A stretch of 55,995 bases of DNA, filler included, from Platydemus manokwari (taxonomy: Eukaryota), in assembly GCA_037951405.1 (NCBI GenBank). It is 5 parts of 5 records of this genome, joined end to end, with 100 filler letters (N's around TTAATTAATTAA, not from the genome) between each part and the next. Parts side by side here need not be neighbours in the genome. Positions count along the whole stretch, not along the records: positions 1 to 10,393 come from JBBMOY011137550.1; positions 10,494 to 25,448 come from JBBMOY011369204.1; 3 more parts are not named here. One strand, written 5' to 3'. Positions within the stretch are counted from its first letter, which is position 1; every line of letters begins with the position of its first letter. Under the pieces are notes generated by a model. That model saw nothing but the letters and a program-made list of their open reading frames with translations. It was not told where the DNA came from and did no database searches. Shown piece after piece: positions 1 through 13,869 of the stretch. Position numbers and translations under genes: made by a program.

Positions 1-3000
1 CAAATTTCTCTTAAAAAAATAATTCTTAAAATTCATTATGTAGGTTCAGATTTGTGGGTTCTAATAATTGATCGTAATTACATCAAGATTCTCAAATTAA
101 CATTTTCTGCGTATGATAATGCATATCCATATCCTTCTATCATTTAGAGTAATTTATATGAAAGTAATTATCTCAGTATAATCTAAAAAATATATAGAAA
201 ATAATTCGTTCTATAGTGCAACTTTTTAAAAATTATTGGATCTTCTAAATTAAAACTCCTTTAAGTGGATTCGATCTAGAAGTAATGGTTTCGAATTAGG
301 TTTATATATCAAAACAATCACTACTAAAAAGTTTAACATCGGTTATCAAAATACATTATCGTAATTCTCGATGCGATAAATATGGTAGGAAAAAATTATT
401 TAAATGATCTGGGAACAATCAACTGTTTCCAATAAAATCTTGAGATTTAACGACTGTCATATAAAACTGCTATAAAATAGAAATTTTTCGATTTGTTTTT
501 GTAAAATGGACCAAAAAAGTTTTCACACAAAACATCAAAAACACCGTAGAACAAGCAAATCCATTAAAATGGGTGAAAATCGAAAATTCTCATTTCACAC
601 CAACCACAAAGCAGCCTTAAGAGATCATCAATAATTCCACAGAAATTCCATTTTTGGATGATCTGTGGTTGGAGTTTGGTACGGATTAAATGTCATATAA
701 TTAAATTCCCAAATTCAACGATGGGATATCAAACGAACGAATGACATATTTTACACAGTAACTGATATACACCATGTCAATTTCGTTGATAAAAGTAAAT
801 ATGCATAATTAATATTCGACAGAGTTCGTAAGAAATCACATGTATCACATTCAAAGTAGTACCAAATTTTGTTTTCGGTTCAAGAATTCCAATTAGTTGC
901 ATGAAAACATTTCAGATTCAGTTTAATATGACATTCAGCAAGGTTTAAATTCAAAAATTGTTTGAAATACACAGTAAAAATAAAAATTTAATTATGAAAG
1001 TCTTAAATATTTCCTAATTAACTTAAATAAAAAAGGAAGCTGGAGATTTAACTATTGTCGTTCAGACAAATTAAAAGTAGAAGGCAAAGTTTAGCAGGAA
1101 AATTTATAACGTAAAATCAAAAGTAAAAAGTTGGGAAAGTGTAAAAATTTAATGTTTTAAAATTGCGAAATTTATAAATTAACTTTAAACAAACGAATTT
1201 TTAATTTTTTCATCAATTTTAATAACTGAATGATTTTTATGGATAATAGTTTGTAATAAGAATTTCTGTAAAAAGAATTTTTACGAAGAATTTTTACATC
1301 TTTACGAAGAGTATTTACTAATTTTTTGACAGATTGTGTTGAGTCTGGGAAAGAAATTTCCCTTTATTTACTAAATACAATGGATATTTATTTAAGCCAT
1401 ACGAAGTGGAAACGAATATATTTAAACAACTTTGCTTTGCAAGTTCTTGAATTTCAATTAAATAAAATAATAGAAAAGGCAAAAAGTAATTGATATATTT
1501 ATAAAAAAAACCATGTTGAATGAAAACAGTCAAAATCAATTTTATTTTTAATTAAATAATGTTATTAGAATTTTCAACAAAAATAAGCAATTATTTTAAA
1601 CTTCAGATGTTTCCGATAAATAATTTAAATTATATTTTAAGTAAAATTATTAAAAATAAATTATATTTATATATAAAATGAAGTTTTCTACAATAACAAA
1701 TAAACTGAACTCTATATTTGACGGATTATATATATAAAGCAAAAAGAAAAATAATACACATATTTTGATGTTTAGAAATTACACTCCTAAATGTGGCGTG
1801 AACAGCAATACAAGTTTTCATATTTTACATTTATAAATTATATAATTATAGAGAAATATTCATTATAGTAAACAATAATCCTTCAAGATATAAGTAATTG
1901 AATTTATATTGAAGTTAGAGTAAGCTAGATGGCAGCAAATGCTTTATGAGATTTCTTTATAGTATTTGATATATGATGCCATGGAGATTGCATTTTTGTT
2001 TAACGCGTTGTGTCTCTTGAAACGCTATGATATATATGAAGAAATAAATTTATTAATGCATAGTGGTTTTTGATTTTCCTTACGCTATACTTTATTTAAA
2101 TGATATAAAAATATATGTTAGACTTCACACAAAATGTAATTTCTAACTGCTAATTATGCGAAATAAGTTTTGCTCAAATAAGTAATTCATTTTCTTTGTA
2201 CAAAGCTAATAAGCAGAGTTTTGTGAGTAAATCTATCAAATAAGCTATGAATATCTAATATTTCGCACATGGCTAATATTGATTAATAAAGTCACTTTTA
2301 GAAATTACTATCAAAAAGTGGTAAAGTTTTTATTTTAATTTTGTCAGTCATTAGAATAAAAAGTAAACTCATATTGGTAATGTTTGTTCACAAAATGATC
2401 CAAATTCATCACAACGTTTGATTTATGTTGTTACTGATGAACTAATAGCTGTTTTGGGATTTATTTTTAAATATATTTTTAGCCAATATATTTTAGAGTT
2501 ATGAATATTGATTCGAGCTTTTGAAATGATGGCGAATTATTAATAAAAGTTAAATGGATATTAAGTTGTCTCAACAAGATTTGGTTCCGCTATCTCATTA
2601 GCTATAGTAAATAATTATATATAATTAAATAGATTATAAAATACCTCCAGAATTGTCTGATTATTGTTTTGTGTCACACATTCCGGTAAAATGTAATGAA
2701 CGTGTCGCCCAGGTGACTGAGCAAGATTCCAAGTAAAATAAGATGGCTGGGAATAATTAATGTCTTTCTCATATTAATTTATGGTTTCCCAGGCTAAATG
2801 TCAACTGTGAATCAGTTATTAATAGAATCAATAAAAATCTACTCATTGGAATCATAAAATTTCTTTTAATGTTCAATAAATTCATAATAATAATATAGCG
2901 ATAATATGATCATATATTGTCAGTTTAAAATTTTGTGAGAACTGTGACTATTAGCTATTGTTTATATACTGTTGTAAGAATTTCATTCATGCATGTCCTC

Positions 3001-5340
3001 ATGATTATTGTTTCTATATTTGGCATACTGTGTTACCACTATTATATGTATTTGTGGTAACAGGAGTCTATATTTAGCAACATCTGCTTCTATTTTTGTT
3101 CTTAGATTTATTTTTGGTAACAAATGCAATTCCTATTTTTTCTTTCTTAAAATTGATTGATTAAAACTTTTCGAAATTTTTTTAATTTTTTATATAGATT
3201 ATTAATAATAATTTTTTGAAAAGTTTGAAATTTACAAAATTTTGGTATTTATTTCGGGTAATGGTGTTTTAAGAATTTATTCTAAGTGTGTACTGTTATC
3301 TATTTATATCGTATTTATCTCTTGTCTTAGGTTATTCCATCTATTTCATCAGGTTATTACATCCTTTTTTAAATATTGCCACAATAATGTCTTGTTCATT
3401 AATCGGTATTTGTCACGGGTTTTTATTTCCCGAAATAGACTTCTTTAAAACTGTATTAAATATTTTATTAAATTAAATTTACAATACCAAACCGACGTTG
3501 CTAAGGTAAAGAATCATTATTGTAGTTTTACCTTTTTGACCTAATTTAAAATTTTAATGATTTTAATGCGACTGTAATTCTCTAAAGTGATAATTCAATT
3601 AACTGAATCGGAATAATAAGTGTGATCATAATGTATTCATTTTGAACAATAGACAAAACCACACAAAAGTCTTTGAAGACAGGTTTCGGTTATTACTTTC
3701 AATACCACAGAAAGATATGCTTTAATGATGACAAAAACCAAAATTACAGCTAGTGATCTGACTGTAAATAAAATGCAAATAAAAAGCTACAGTTAAGGAA
3801 TAAATGTTACTAAATCGTATCACTGTTACTTGTGATCTGAAATCTGTGAGGTTCAGTAGAATTTTGTCCGTTTGTTTGTCTCAACGATTGGTCGCTATAC
3901 GTAATTGATAGATGTTGAGAGTTCATTGTTCATCCTTTATCTTTTTCCAATTTTTGATTAATTCTGTTAATTTAGTGTAGATTTGTCGCTAGTATCATAA
4001 ATTGTGAAAGATAATTTGATGTTATGTACTTTATTTGGTGCTATTCATGATCCAACTTTAACGTGTGAATTTTTATGTTGGATGATGAAAGTTAAAAATA
4101 TTTTTAAAATTTTTATAATATAAAATAATTTCAATCATTCAAGTGCAGATTACATATCTGGCGACTTAACGATTGATTTTCTGCTTTTTAATTTCTTGGA
4201 ACTGTCACTTGCCAAAAAATAATATTCAGTGATTGAAAGTAAATGTTTTTCACACTTTTTTAATGTTTATATTATTCACCGAAATTTTTTTCATTGTTTT
4301 TATCATGTACTCCTAATATAAACAATTCGAGATGGGGTGTCATTACTAGTTATCTTTCTCATAATTATATTTTAAACAGGTATAAATATAAAATAATAAA
4401 TCATAAATTTGTGAAGGTAATTTATTTTTCGAGCTGTAAATTATCATTTAACTGAGAAAGGGTGATAATCACCCAAATGATGCTTTAAGGTTGTTATATA
4501 CAAGCTTATATATGGAACCGAATTGCAAATACTTAATAGTGAGTGGTAACTGAAGTACATGGGAGTAAAATGGTTGTAACAAATGACATTCTTGAATAGG
4601 AAATTATGACATTACGACTTTAAAATTGCTTACATAAGTACTGTATTAGTTAAATAGTGATGTTAAGTGCATTTATTATATGAATTTATTTACATTTACA
4701 TATTAATTCAGAATCAAAAGTTCATTTCAAAAGATAAACTTAAATAAAAAATGAAAATTTATAAAAAAAATATTTATCAAGATTATTAAACATTGGATGG
4801 ATTAAGATATTAGATTTTAAATGTCACCAATTTCATTATCACCTTATCGACAATAAATATGAGAAATATTTACAAAATTATAATCGACTGAAAACTGTAA
4901 TGTTTAGTGTACAAAAATGTATTTTTCTAACTTCGAAATCATTTTATTTGATTCATCAGTTGTAACTGGAAAAAATTGGTGATTTATAAATTTATGAAAT
5001 ATTTTTAAGTGTTTTTAAAAATACAAAAATCATTCCGTAGGAATTTATTTTTTAAATATTAATTTGATGGAGAAAATTTAAAAAAAAATGTCAAATCAAA
5101 ATTTTATGAAATTTATTTTTAAATAGATAACCTTTACGGTTGTTTAAATTAAAAAACGCAATTTGTTCAAAAATATTGTCTGTTCGAATGATTCATCAGT
5201 TGATTTTCGAAATAACTTTTATTATTAATGATAATTAAGGAAATTTAATGCACATAGATTCCGAGGAAAATGTTAAGAAAAATGGTCGTAAAATACAAAT
5301 TTAATTTGTTGATTGTTTTCGAAAAACTGTATGATTTATT

Positions 5341-5446
5341 GGTTAAAGTTAAAAAAGGGTCCTAAAATGAAATTTTTAATTTGTTGAGTGTATTGCAAAA
5401 TTCTATATAATTAATTAAATTAATTATTTAATTCATTTTGAATTTG
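5341..5446 (-). repeat. Third partial copy of the 44.6-46.1 kb repeat, inverted
   Basis: Reverse complement reads ...TTTTGCAATACACTCAACAAATTAAAAATTTCATTTTAGGACCCTTTTTTAACTTTAA, matching ~46015-46118 and ~45270-45335. Confidence 0.8.
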
Positions 5447-8400
5447 GGGTTTAATTATCTGTTAGGACTTTTAATAGTCTGCAATAAATATTAAATAAAC
5501 CATAGATTTAAAATATTCCGAAGAATTATTGTTCGAATAGTGGATTAAAGTAGGTTACATTGCAAATAAATGAAAATTAGCGATAACTCTCTTGTAACAT
5601 AAGAAACAAATTAAAAAGTACTCTAAACTTTCACATTTATTTTAAAAGAACTATTAATATTAGTCTACCAAATGAAGTTTGTTAAATCGATTTTTATTAA
5701 TTAGTTGGATACATAAGTTGGGGCGTGTAGCTATGATACCCTTATAAAGAATTTTTGCAAAAAATGATACAAATCGCGGTTTAAAATATCAGAAAATTGT
5801 TGTGATTAGAAACCGGAACTTGGTTTGCCTTCTCCACGTTTTGGTACTGCGAAAAGCGAACTGACAACTGTACACGAAATAAATATGAAATAGTCACAAT
5901 TAAGGATTGTCGTATTACTTAATATTCATACGTTTTATTGGATGTCTTTCATCTGTCTTCTAAACTTGGAGATCAAATAGGACTATTAATCAAGTTAACC
6001 GTTCCAAACTAATTAATATACACAATTTGTTATAAAATGAAAATCTTTATAAAAATCAATTTCTTCATGAAATTTTACAAAATTTTATAATTATAAAATT
6101 AATTACCAAATCAAATTGTTCAAGAAAATTCATCATGATGTAAATGAGTCAAACGATCACTTTTCCTAACCAAACCCGGATTGCAAAGTACACCAAAACC
6201 TATCGAAATCAACTTGAAAATTTAATAGATATAATTTTATGATTATAATAAATTGTTTTTCTATCCTATGAGTTAATTTTATTAAATGAATTCATTAAAT
6301 AATTATCTTGAAAATAGAAATCTAAATTTTCAAAGATATCAAGATTCATAACATCAGTTCTTAATAACAACATTAAGTTTATAATAAAAATAATCTAATA
6401 TCCCCAGTAACTTAATTTTTAAGCTGAGTTCAGTTTGTAAAAGTTTGTATTTGTTTGGACCAATTCATAATCAAAAAAATTATAAATTTAAGAATTAACG
6501 AGCTTCTTATAATTGACTCCAAATAGAACTGACAACTTAAAAACAAATTCATTTCAATTTCTCAGTTTGGCTGCCATACCACGATGGTAACGGAGTTTGT
6601 TGATGTTACTTTGCTCAACTTTTATTCAATGTTCTGAATTTCTATATTTCAGCTTAATTTATTGATTTCGGAAGTCTGGAATTGCTAAATCCCTGTCTAT
6701 GCTTAGCTATGTTGTCATATAATTTACCAAATTGGAATTGTAGTTCTGTAATTCACTTATATTTGATTGTATATCATGCCTTTAAGACTATATATTGATA
6801 TGTATATATGTAAAATATGAAAACTGGAGTGCCAAGAGTCTGATAATAGATATTTCTATGGTAGTTTTCTATACTTGATGCTGAAGGAAGCTAATTCACT
6901 CCGATCTAATTATTATTTTGAAATTTATAAAACTAATTCCGTAATTCAACCACAAATATGAATGATTAACTTCATTCTATGAATTCCTTAATGGTTAAAT
7001 TTGTAATTCATTTTATTACAATTTATTTAATTATTAACGAGATCCAGTTACTCGTATGATTCTCAATTATTGGCTTAATTCAATTAATTATTTAATACGA
7101 TTGCTAATTGCATTCTCTTTTTTCCATCGAATATGGCGAGTCAATGAATTATGGAAAATTTTACAACCAATATCATAATTCTCTATTTTTATTTTCTATC
7201 AAAATGTGAATATTAGTACACGTTATTGTACCAGTTTTTACATTTGTCAGTTGAGTTTTCATTTCAAAAAATTATAATCTAAATTATAATTAATAATGTT
7301 ACAGAGTTTTGCTGAACTTTTCTAGTTATTTATACGCCCGTATATCGTCGACATTTAAATCAATTTGGTAATAAAACTCACCATAATGTCTGTTTACAAA
7401 TAAACTCACAACCAAACCAATCACACCATATTTGAAATCATAAACTAAGCAGGCATAGTGGAAAAGATTCGTATTAAATGGAAAAAAAAATCATGGTAAA
7501 ATTAATTTAAATATATATTATATATCTTGAATATTTTTTTCCAACAATTATAATCGCTTTATTAAAAAAAAAACTGTTTGATGTTCAATTAGAAGATTGA
7601 AATAATAATGAAAAAATTACAAACATTAATGAAATTCTGTTTTAGAAAATTTCTATTTTAGAATGAAAAAATGGAATTTCTTTATTAATCGGTGAAAAAT
7701 TTACAATTTCATTACTAACGGAATCTCTTCTGTAACGTTTCGTTTGATTCACATTAAATTGAAATTGATTTTCACATTTACATTTTGATAAAGCTTCAAA
7801 ATCAAAATTCGTAGATTTTCGTTCAAATCGATAATTGGAGTTGTTTAACGATTTTGGGCAACATCTTTTTTGTATATTTAAGAATGGAAATTTTAAATTA
7901 AAATTTTTCGATTTTTGATCTTGGACTAAAAGTAGTTAAGAAACGAAGTTCTTCTATATTGCAAAAGCTATATAGTTTATTTAATTATATTTTTTAATAA
8001 CATTTTAAATTTTTTATTTAAGAATTTAAGAAAAATTTTATGTTTTAAATAAAATATTAAATAAACTAGAGGTTTGAAATTTCCAAAAATTTGATTATTT
8101 TAAAAAATTATCAAAGTAAGTAAAATTGTAATTTATTGAGGACCTCTATTTTAACATTAGAAGAAAATTGATAGATACTCAATTATTTTATAAAAGACAA
8201 TTAAAAATAGATTATTAAACTTGTTAACTAGATTTATAATTGAGAAAATTTTAATAAAATCCACAAAAAATCACATAGAAGTGTTGTGATTAGTATAGGA
8301 TGTTGGTTTAACAATTCTATTTGGTTCTTATTCGACATCATAAAAATGTGAGACATCAAGTGAATTGTATTGCTTCAACAATTCATGAAATTGTATTAAA

Positions 8401-8867
8401 ATTTTTCATAAAAATAAATTTTATGCACAAAACTTTAAAAAGCATGCATAAAATTAAACTTATAAAATTATCCCATAGACTAAAATTCATTATGTTGGAA
8501 TTTTGGTTCATGGATACGTTATTTTATCTTAATAGAAATTTAAACACCACCATAATTTTAAATTCTTTTGTATATGTATGCTTGTACATAGCTAATTAAA
8601 TTGGAAATTTAAAACAAAGCCTTACTAGAAATTGTAAATATGTTCACAAATGGAAAAATTAATTTACAAAGAATTTTTTGCTTTTCACATAATTATTTTA
8701 AATTTCATTCGAATTTAAAAATGCCGACTAAAAGTATTTCAATTTCTACTTAATTTTTTAACTTACTAAATTCAAAAATTAAAATTTTAGACAACAACAA
8801 AAGCATGAATTAAAATTGAAATAAATTAATAAAAAATTAACCAATAGGACGAATTATTTGTTTTTCT

Positions 8868-9153
8868 TTAATAATAAGAATAATTAATCTTATACATAAT
8901 AACTGTAAACATGTTAGGGTTGAAAAAGGCATGTGACATCCTCCAAATAGATGTTTTTCTAATTTTTTTCTGGTTGAAACGATTGTCAATTCCAACAAGT
9001 AGTCTACTGATATACCAATTTTGGACTTCGAAGATAATTTCAGAATTTTCTAATCGGATGGTTAAAACAGGCAACAATATTGGTACTTGACACCGAGCAA
9101 AATCAAGTCGTTCTAATTTCATTTTGCATCCATATTCATATATCTGTTGGAAT
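8868..9153 (-). CDS. Candidate terminal exon of an unidentified gene
   Basis: TTTTACATTCAG acceptor followed by an open frame of ~94 codons (FQQIYEYGCKMKLERLDFARCQ...SYY*), GC above background; no homology recognised. Confidence 0.3.
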
Positions 9154-10393
9154 CTGAATGTAAAATTACAGGGTTAGAAAAAGTAAACACGGAACTGTTA
9201 CAATTTATACCAAATTTAGAATCAAAACAAGTCTCGAGAGAAACAACTAGTATGTAATTTGAGACATCACATTAGAATCTCACGCTTAAGTAGATGAGAT
9301 TACGAATATTTCGAAGAGCATTAATGGTACAAATTACATCCTAATCAGTTAAGCAAATCCCAAGAAATTTTATACTGAGATCATCTCGAATTTCAAAGAA
9401 TTTAGCACTTCGATTTAGTAATATTGAGTCAGAATATTAGCAGAGTGCAATTTTCGTGTCTCGGTCAGAGCATACATTTTCGCTAATTAAAATCCATTAA
9501 ATAATAACAACATTCAGAGTGCTTCATAATGTTGTTTTACAGCTACAAATATATTAGATCCAGTATTGTTGGGAAAGAAAATAAATATTTTTAAAAATTT
9601 ACTTTTTTCCGTTAATTTCTTTTACCATCGAAGGCGACAGAATAACATTTTTCTTTTAAATACATAAAATTCAAGGTCTAAATATGTTGAAGTACTACAA
9701 ATAAATTGAAATGATTTACAGAGAAAGATACTGATTATTATTCGAAAAACTTTTTTACACTACATTGAATCCTCTATAAAATTCTTCTTTTCAAACGACA
9801 ACAAATCTTCAATCCAGTTGATGATAGCAACACAAGATGAAATTAAATTACCGGATTCTAACTCTAATTGGCGATGGTCATGCCTCGTATTTCCATTTAA
9901 GCTATGGAAATATAATAAATTCAACATATGTCTAGACACAAAAATTTCTTTAACCGTTAATACATATGATTTAATAATTTATGGAGTTGAAGATTATTAA
10001 TTTCGATTTCGAAAGGATTAATGAACCTTGATTTGTTAGCAAATTAGAGTCAAAGTGTTTTGGTATAATATCGCTTGAAGAATATCGATGAAGTATCAAG
10101 TGTTAAAACTTTGGAAAATTTTATGTTGGTTGATCGAATAAAATTCTCCAACCATTATTATTGATTGAGACGACATGATTACTTACAAAATTGTACTGAT
10201 TATTAGCCAGGTTCAATTGTTGAAAGGATTTTTGCAGTATCAAATTTTAAAGCCAATATTTTGCAATTCAACCTAGTAAGTTTTTGTAAAGGTGTCTTAT
10301 TGAGACTTAAGCCAACACGAATAAATTAATAATTTTAAATAAAATATTAGTATAAAATGTATGTCACATACACACACACACACACACATATAT

Positions 10394-10493
10394 NNNNNNN
10401 NNNNNNNNNNNNNNNNNNNNNNNNNNNNNNNNNNNNNTTAATTAATTAANNNNNNNNNNNNNNNNNNNNNNNNNNNNNNNNNNNNNNNNNNNN
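10394..10493. other. Artificial contig spacer
   Basis: N44-TTAATTAATTAA-N44, 100 nt, stop codons in all six frames. Confidence 0.98.
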
Positions 10494-10567
10494 TTATTTT
10501 TTAAGCGAGTTATAGTCTTTTAAAGTTGCTGTTAGATAACGGCCATTATTTTTGCACCAACCTAATA
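10494..10567. mobile_element. Terminus of a mariner (cecropia/Hsmar1-like) transposon, cut by the contig break
   Basis: Reverse complement of 10538-10567 is TA-TTAGGTTGGTGCAAAAATAATGGCCGTT, very close to the Hsmar1/MADE1 TIR TTAGGTTGGTGCAAAAGTAATTGCGGTT, flanked by TA. Confidence 0.8.
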
Positions 10568-10722
10568 TATAATATAAATTTATTCGTTTTATTTAGAACA
10601 AATTTTAAAGAGATATGATAAAATAAATTATTTTAATGAGATAAATAAATAAATAAAACCAAGAATAGTTGTATGTCTTGTAACATAAGGAATAAAAATT
10701 TAAAAAAAGAATAAAAACTTAC

Positions 10723-10909
10723 TTCATTGGCTGAATTATACGTGCCAATAATTCTTATAAATACTACAGGTTGTTCATCAAAATAAAGATTTTGATAAGA
10801 CGAACACAATTCAGCACTCTTGTCAGCAACCATTATCCACTTAGATTTGTCAATACTCACTTCGACAGTATAACTATATGATCGATCATCCAAATCCCAA
10901 AGTAAGAAT
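10723..10909 (-). CDS. BTBD9: BTBD9 coding exon 6 (second half of second discoidin-like domain); last exon found
   Basis: TTTAG acceptor; (K)FLLWDLDDRSYSYTVEVS...FIRIIGTYNSANE; GTAAGT donor at 10722; 187 nt, phase 2/0. The expected next exon (VFHCVHFECP-like) was not found. Confidence 0.95.
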
Positions 10910-11368
10910 CTAAATAAATATCATTTGATCATATATTAGACTGAAAACAGTAACTATAATTATTTGATAATAATTTCAGAACTATAAGGCATAATTTCTA
11001 ACCTGTTCTTTAAAGAATAACTATGTGATTATTATTATCATTATATAAATATATTAATTATTTAATATATAATTATATCTAAATGATTATTTCATTCTAA
11101 AAGAAATAAGAAAGCTTGATAATGGTAATTTTACATGAATTAATAAACACAATTCAAAGGTTTTCCCCGATAAGACGACTAGTAATAAAGCTTGAATTCA
11201 AAGGTCATACGCAATACCAACAAAATAGAATCTTAAATTTACTTATACTTGTCAATTTTTAAGAAATTTAGAATTGCTATTGTGAGATAATTAACTGCTA
11301 TGATGATAAATTAATATTTAAGAATTAATAGACGTTATAATTGAGCATTTTACATTGTTAATATACTA

Positions 11369-13190
11369 CAGTGTTTCTCCTCCTAACTTTCACTTTTGGG
11401 GAATCGGAAAAATGTGGCCGGCAAGAGTTTTTTTTATAAAAAAAATAATAAAGAAGAACAATCTCAAATGAACTTTTTATTTTTTTTATCATCCAATTGG
11501 CTGGTGTGCAAATACTTTTATTCCTCATTAAGGCTTCTGAGACTTGATTCAGTCCTTCAATAGCTTTAAAATCAAACATGTCGGGCTGGTCCAGGTATTT
11601 TTTTCATTAATTCAATAGCAGAATATCATTCATTTTTAGAAACACTTACAACGTTATGAACGTCGTTATTTGATGATTCTTTTTCATCATCATCTAACTT
11701 GTCATTATTTGTAAAAATTTCTTGAACTCTAGTATTTTCTTTCAGATTTTTACTTTCAAATTCAAATTCTTCTTTTAAAATTACATCATCTTCAGTTAAA
11801 CCTAAATTCATAAATTCATATTCACCAAGATGATCAATTATCCGTGTTTTAGAAACAAATTCATTTGATTATCAACAAATTCTATTGTAAATTCACCACT
11901 TTCCTTTTGGTCCATTTAGCATGACTAAAACAGTTCAAAATTGTTTAAGTGCTATTTCATTCCAAGCAGGTAATAAAAAAATAATTACGTCATTTAAATT
12001 TAATTTTTTAATGTAGATTCTTCTTATTCTATTTATTAAATTATGTCAGTAAATTTCTTATTAGTAAAATTGTTTTAAAACATTTAACAATACCTTGCTC
12101 AAATGACTGTAATGAGCTGGCTAAATTGGGAGGTAAAAATACCACATAGATAAATTTCAATTTTACTTGTATTTTATGAGCTGCGCAGTCACCTATAATC
12201 AACGTAACCTTTTCTTGCAATTTAATCAGTTTGAAATCCCAATCCAATAACCATTTATTAAAAATGTTATCGATCATCCAAGCATTTGAAGAACTATGGT
12301 AGTTAACCAAAGAAGAACATGAGAAACCTTTGAAACACCATGGTTTAGAAAATTTACTTATAACAACAGATTTTAATTTGGCTCCTTGTCATATTTACGT
12401 AAAATGAAACAGAGATTCTATCTTTGGATATTTTATAACCTTTCCTAACATTTTTACATACTGAATTAGGCAGAATAAGTTTGTAAATGATACGTGTTTC
12501 ATTACCATTAGAAACATTTTCAGGTCCATGTTCTTCAATTTTAGATTTAAGTTCATTTAAAAAATCTTCAGGCTGTATGTGATTCACCGTGTAGCTTTCT
12601 TAACTTCAATAAATTTCTTTCCTTAAGACTTCTTAACCACCCATTTGTGGATTTCAAATCTTGTATGCCATTTAAATTATCTATTTGAACTGCTTTTTCG
12701 TTTATTATATTATCCGTAATGATAGCACTTCTTCCTTCAAGTCTATCAACCTATGCGGACAATTCTTCGTGTAAAACATTAAACTATAAAACGGGAATTC
12801 GTCAACCACTTTTGTATGCAAGATTAGCATTTTGAATAAAAAAATCATTGTTTTTCTGATATCATTGATAGTTCTTCTTGAAAGTTCTTTTAAATTTACC
12901 CGAGAAAACCTCTGCTACTCTGTTATATGAATATACATGATAAGATTCAATGTACTTCAAAATTTCAATTTTTTCAACATGAACACACTTTCGTTTTGCC
13001 ATAAATAAGGTCCAATGAAAATTTTTCATAACAATTAATATTAAAACGACGTTATTAAGTCAAAAATAAAAATATATCATTAAAATATTTTTTCAAAATG
13101 TAACTGTTAAATGAACTAGCAGCTAGAAGGAGTTTTCTATTAAAATTTTTAAACTTCCTAAAAATTTGGCGATTAGGAAAAGGAATATTG
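11369..13190 (-). mobile_element. Decayed pogo/Tigger (CENP-B/DDE_1) DNA transposon in BTBD9 intron 5
   Basis: Fragmented transposase from ATG 13002 (MAKRKCVHVEKIEILKYIE, HTH-like), then NGNETRIIYK, KDRISV, SSNAWM, LIIGDCAAH, FLPPNLASSLQSFEQGIVKCFK; degenerate TIRs TA|CAGTGTTTCTCCTCCTAAC (11369) and GATTAGGAAAAGGAATATTG|TA (13190). Confidence 0.88.
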
Positions 13191-13869
13191 TATTAATGTT
13201 TCGAAAAAAATATTTTAATAATGAATTAAAATAATAGAAATATAAATTATGATTTTATAATAATGTAACCAATGTTATCCACACCGCAATTGTTGATTTG
13301 CCATGGAGAGCACATGTTATTTTCGTTTTTTTAAAAAGTTTTCTTTTTTATTTGATAAAAATAGTTTTAAAATATTGACAATTATAATTTATTTCAAAAT
13401 ATTGTGACTTTATCATGAGGAAGAACTGTCTAATTGTATTCATAAACAAATCTTTCCACCTATAAAAATGATTAGAAATATTGGATGTGTTTTCGAAATA
13501 ATTTTAATTGAATTCTCAGTACAGGAAATATAAATTGACAAGAGAAAATAGCTTTATTATTGAAAAAAGAAGCTGTTGGTAAAGATATAAGGAGTCAAAA
13601 AGCTCGTCTTATTAAATCATCTAAACCATATTTTAAAATTTTATCAAAAATTGATCTCTTACTAGGAGTTAAAGATTTTCCTTCTTAGCGCTTGAAATAA
13701 TGATACAACTTTTTCATATTTCAAGGTGTTTAGTACAAGTTCAAATTCAATTATAATTTTTAATTCATACCAATCCCGAAATTACTTGAATGAAATAAAA
13801 CTTTTAGGTAAATGTTTAAATAGAGTTTCTACGAGAGAAAGTAGTTGCCTGGAAAATAAATAATTGTTT

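Noticed and set aside
636-668. Hairpin CCACAGA-AAT-TCCA-TTTT-TGGA-TGA-TCTGTGG (another at ~24381-24408)
   Set aside because: Isolated short stems with no family match or supporting context
1318-8599. Short F/I/L/K/N-rich ORFs here and at about 21, 27, 34, 45 and 48-53 kb
   Set aside because: Composition reflects AT-rich non-coding DNA; no motifs or consistent splice context
10438-10449. Palindromic TTAATTAATTAA recurring four times
   Set aside because: Always centred in exactly 100 nt of N padding; it is a six-frame-stop assembly linker, not biology
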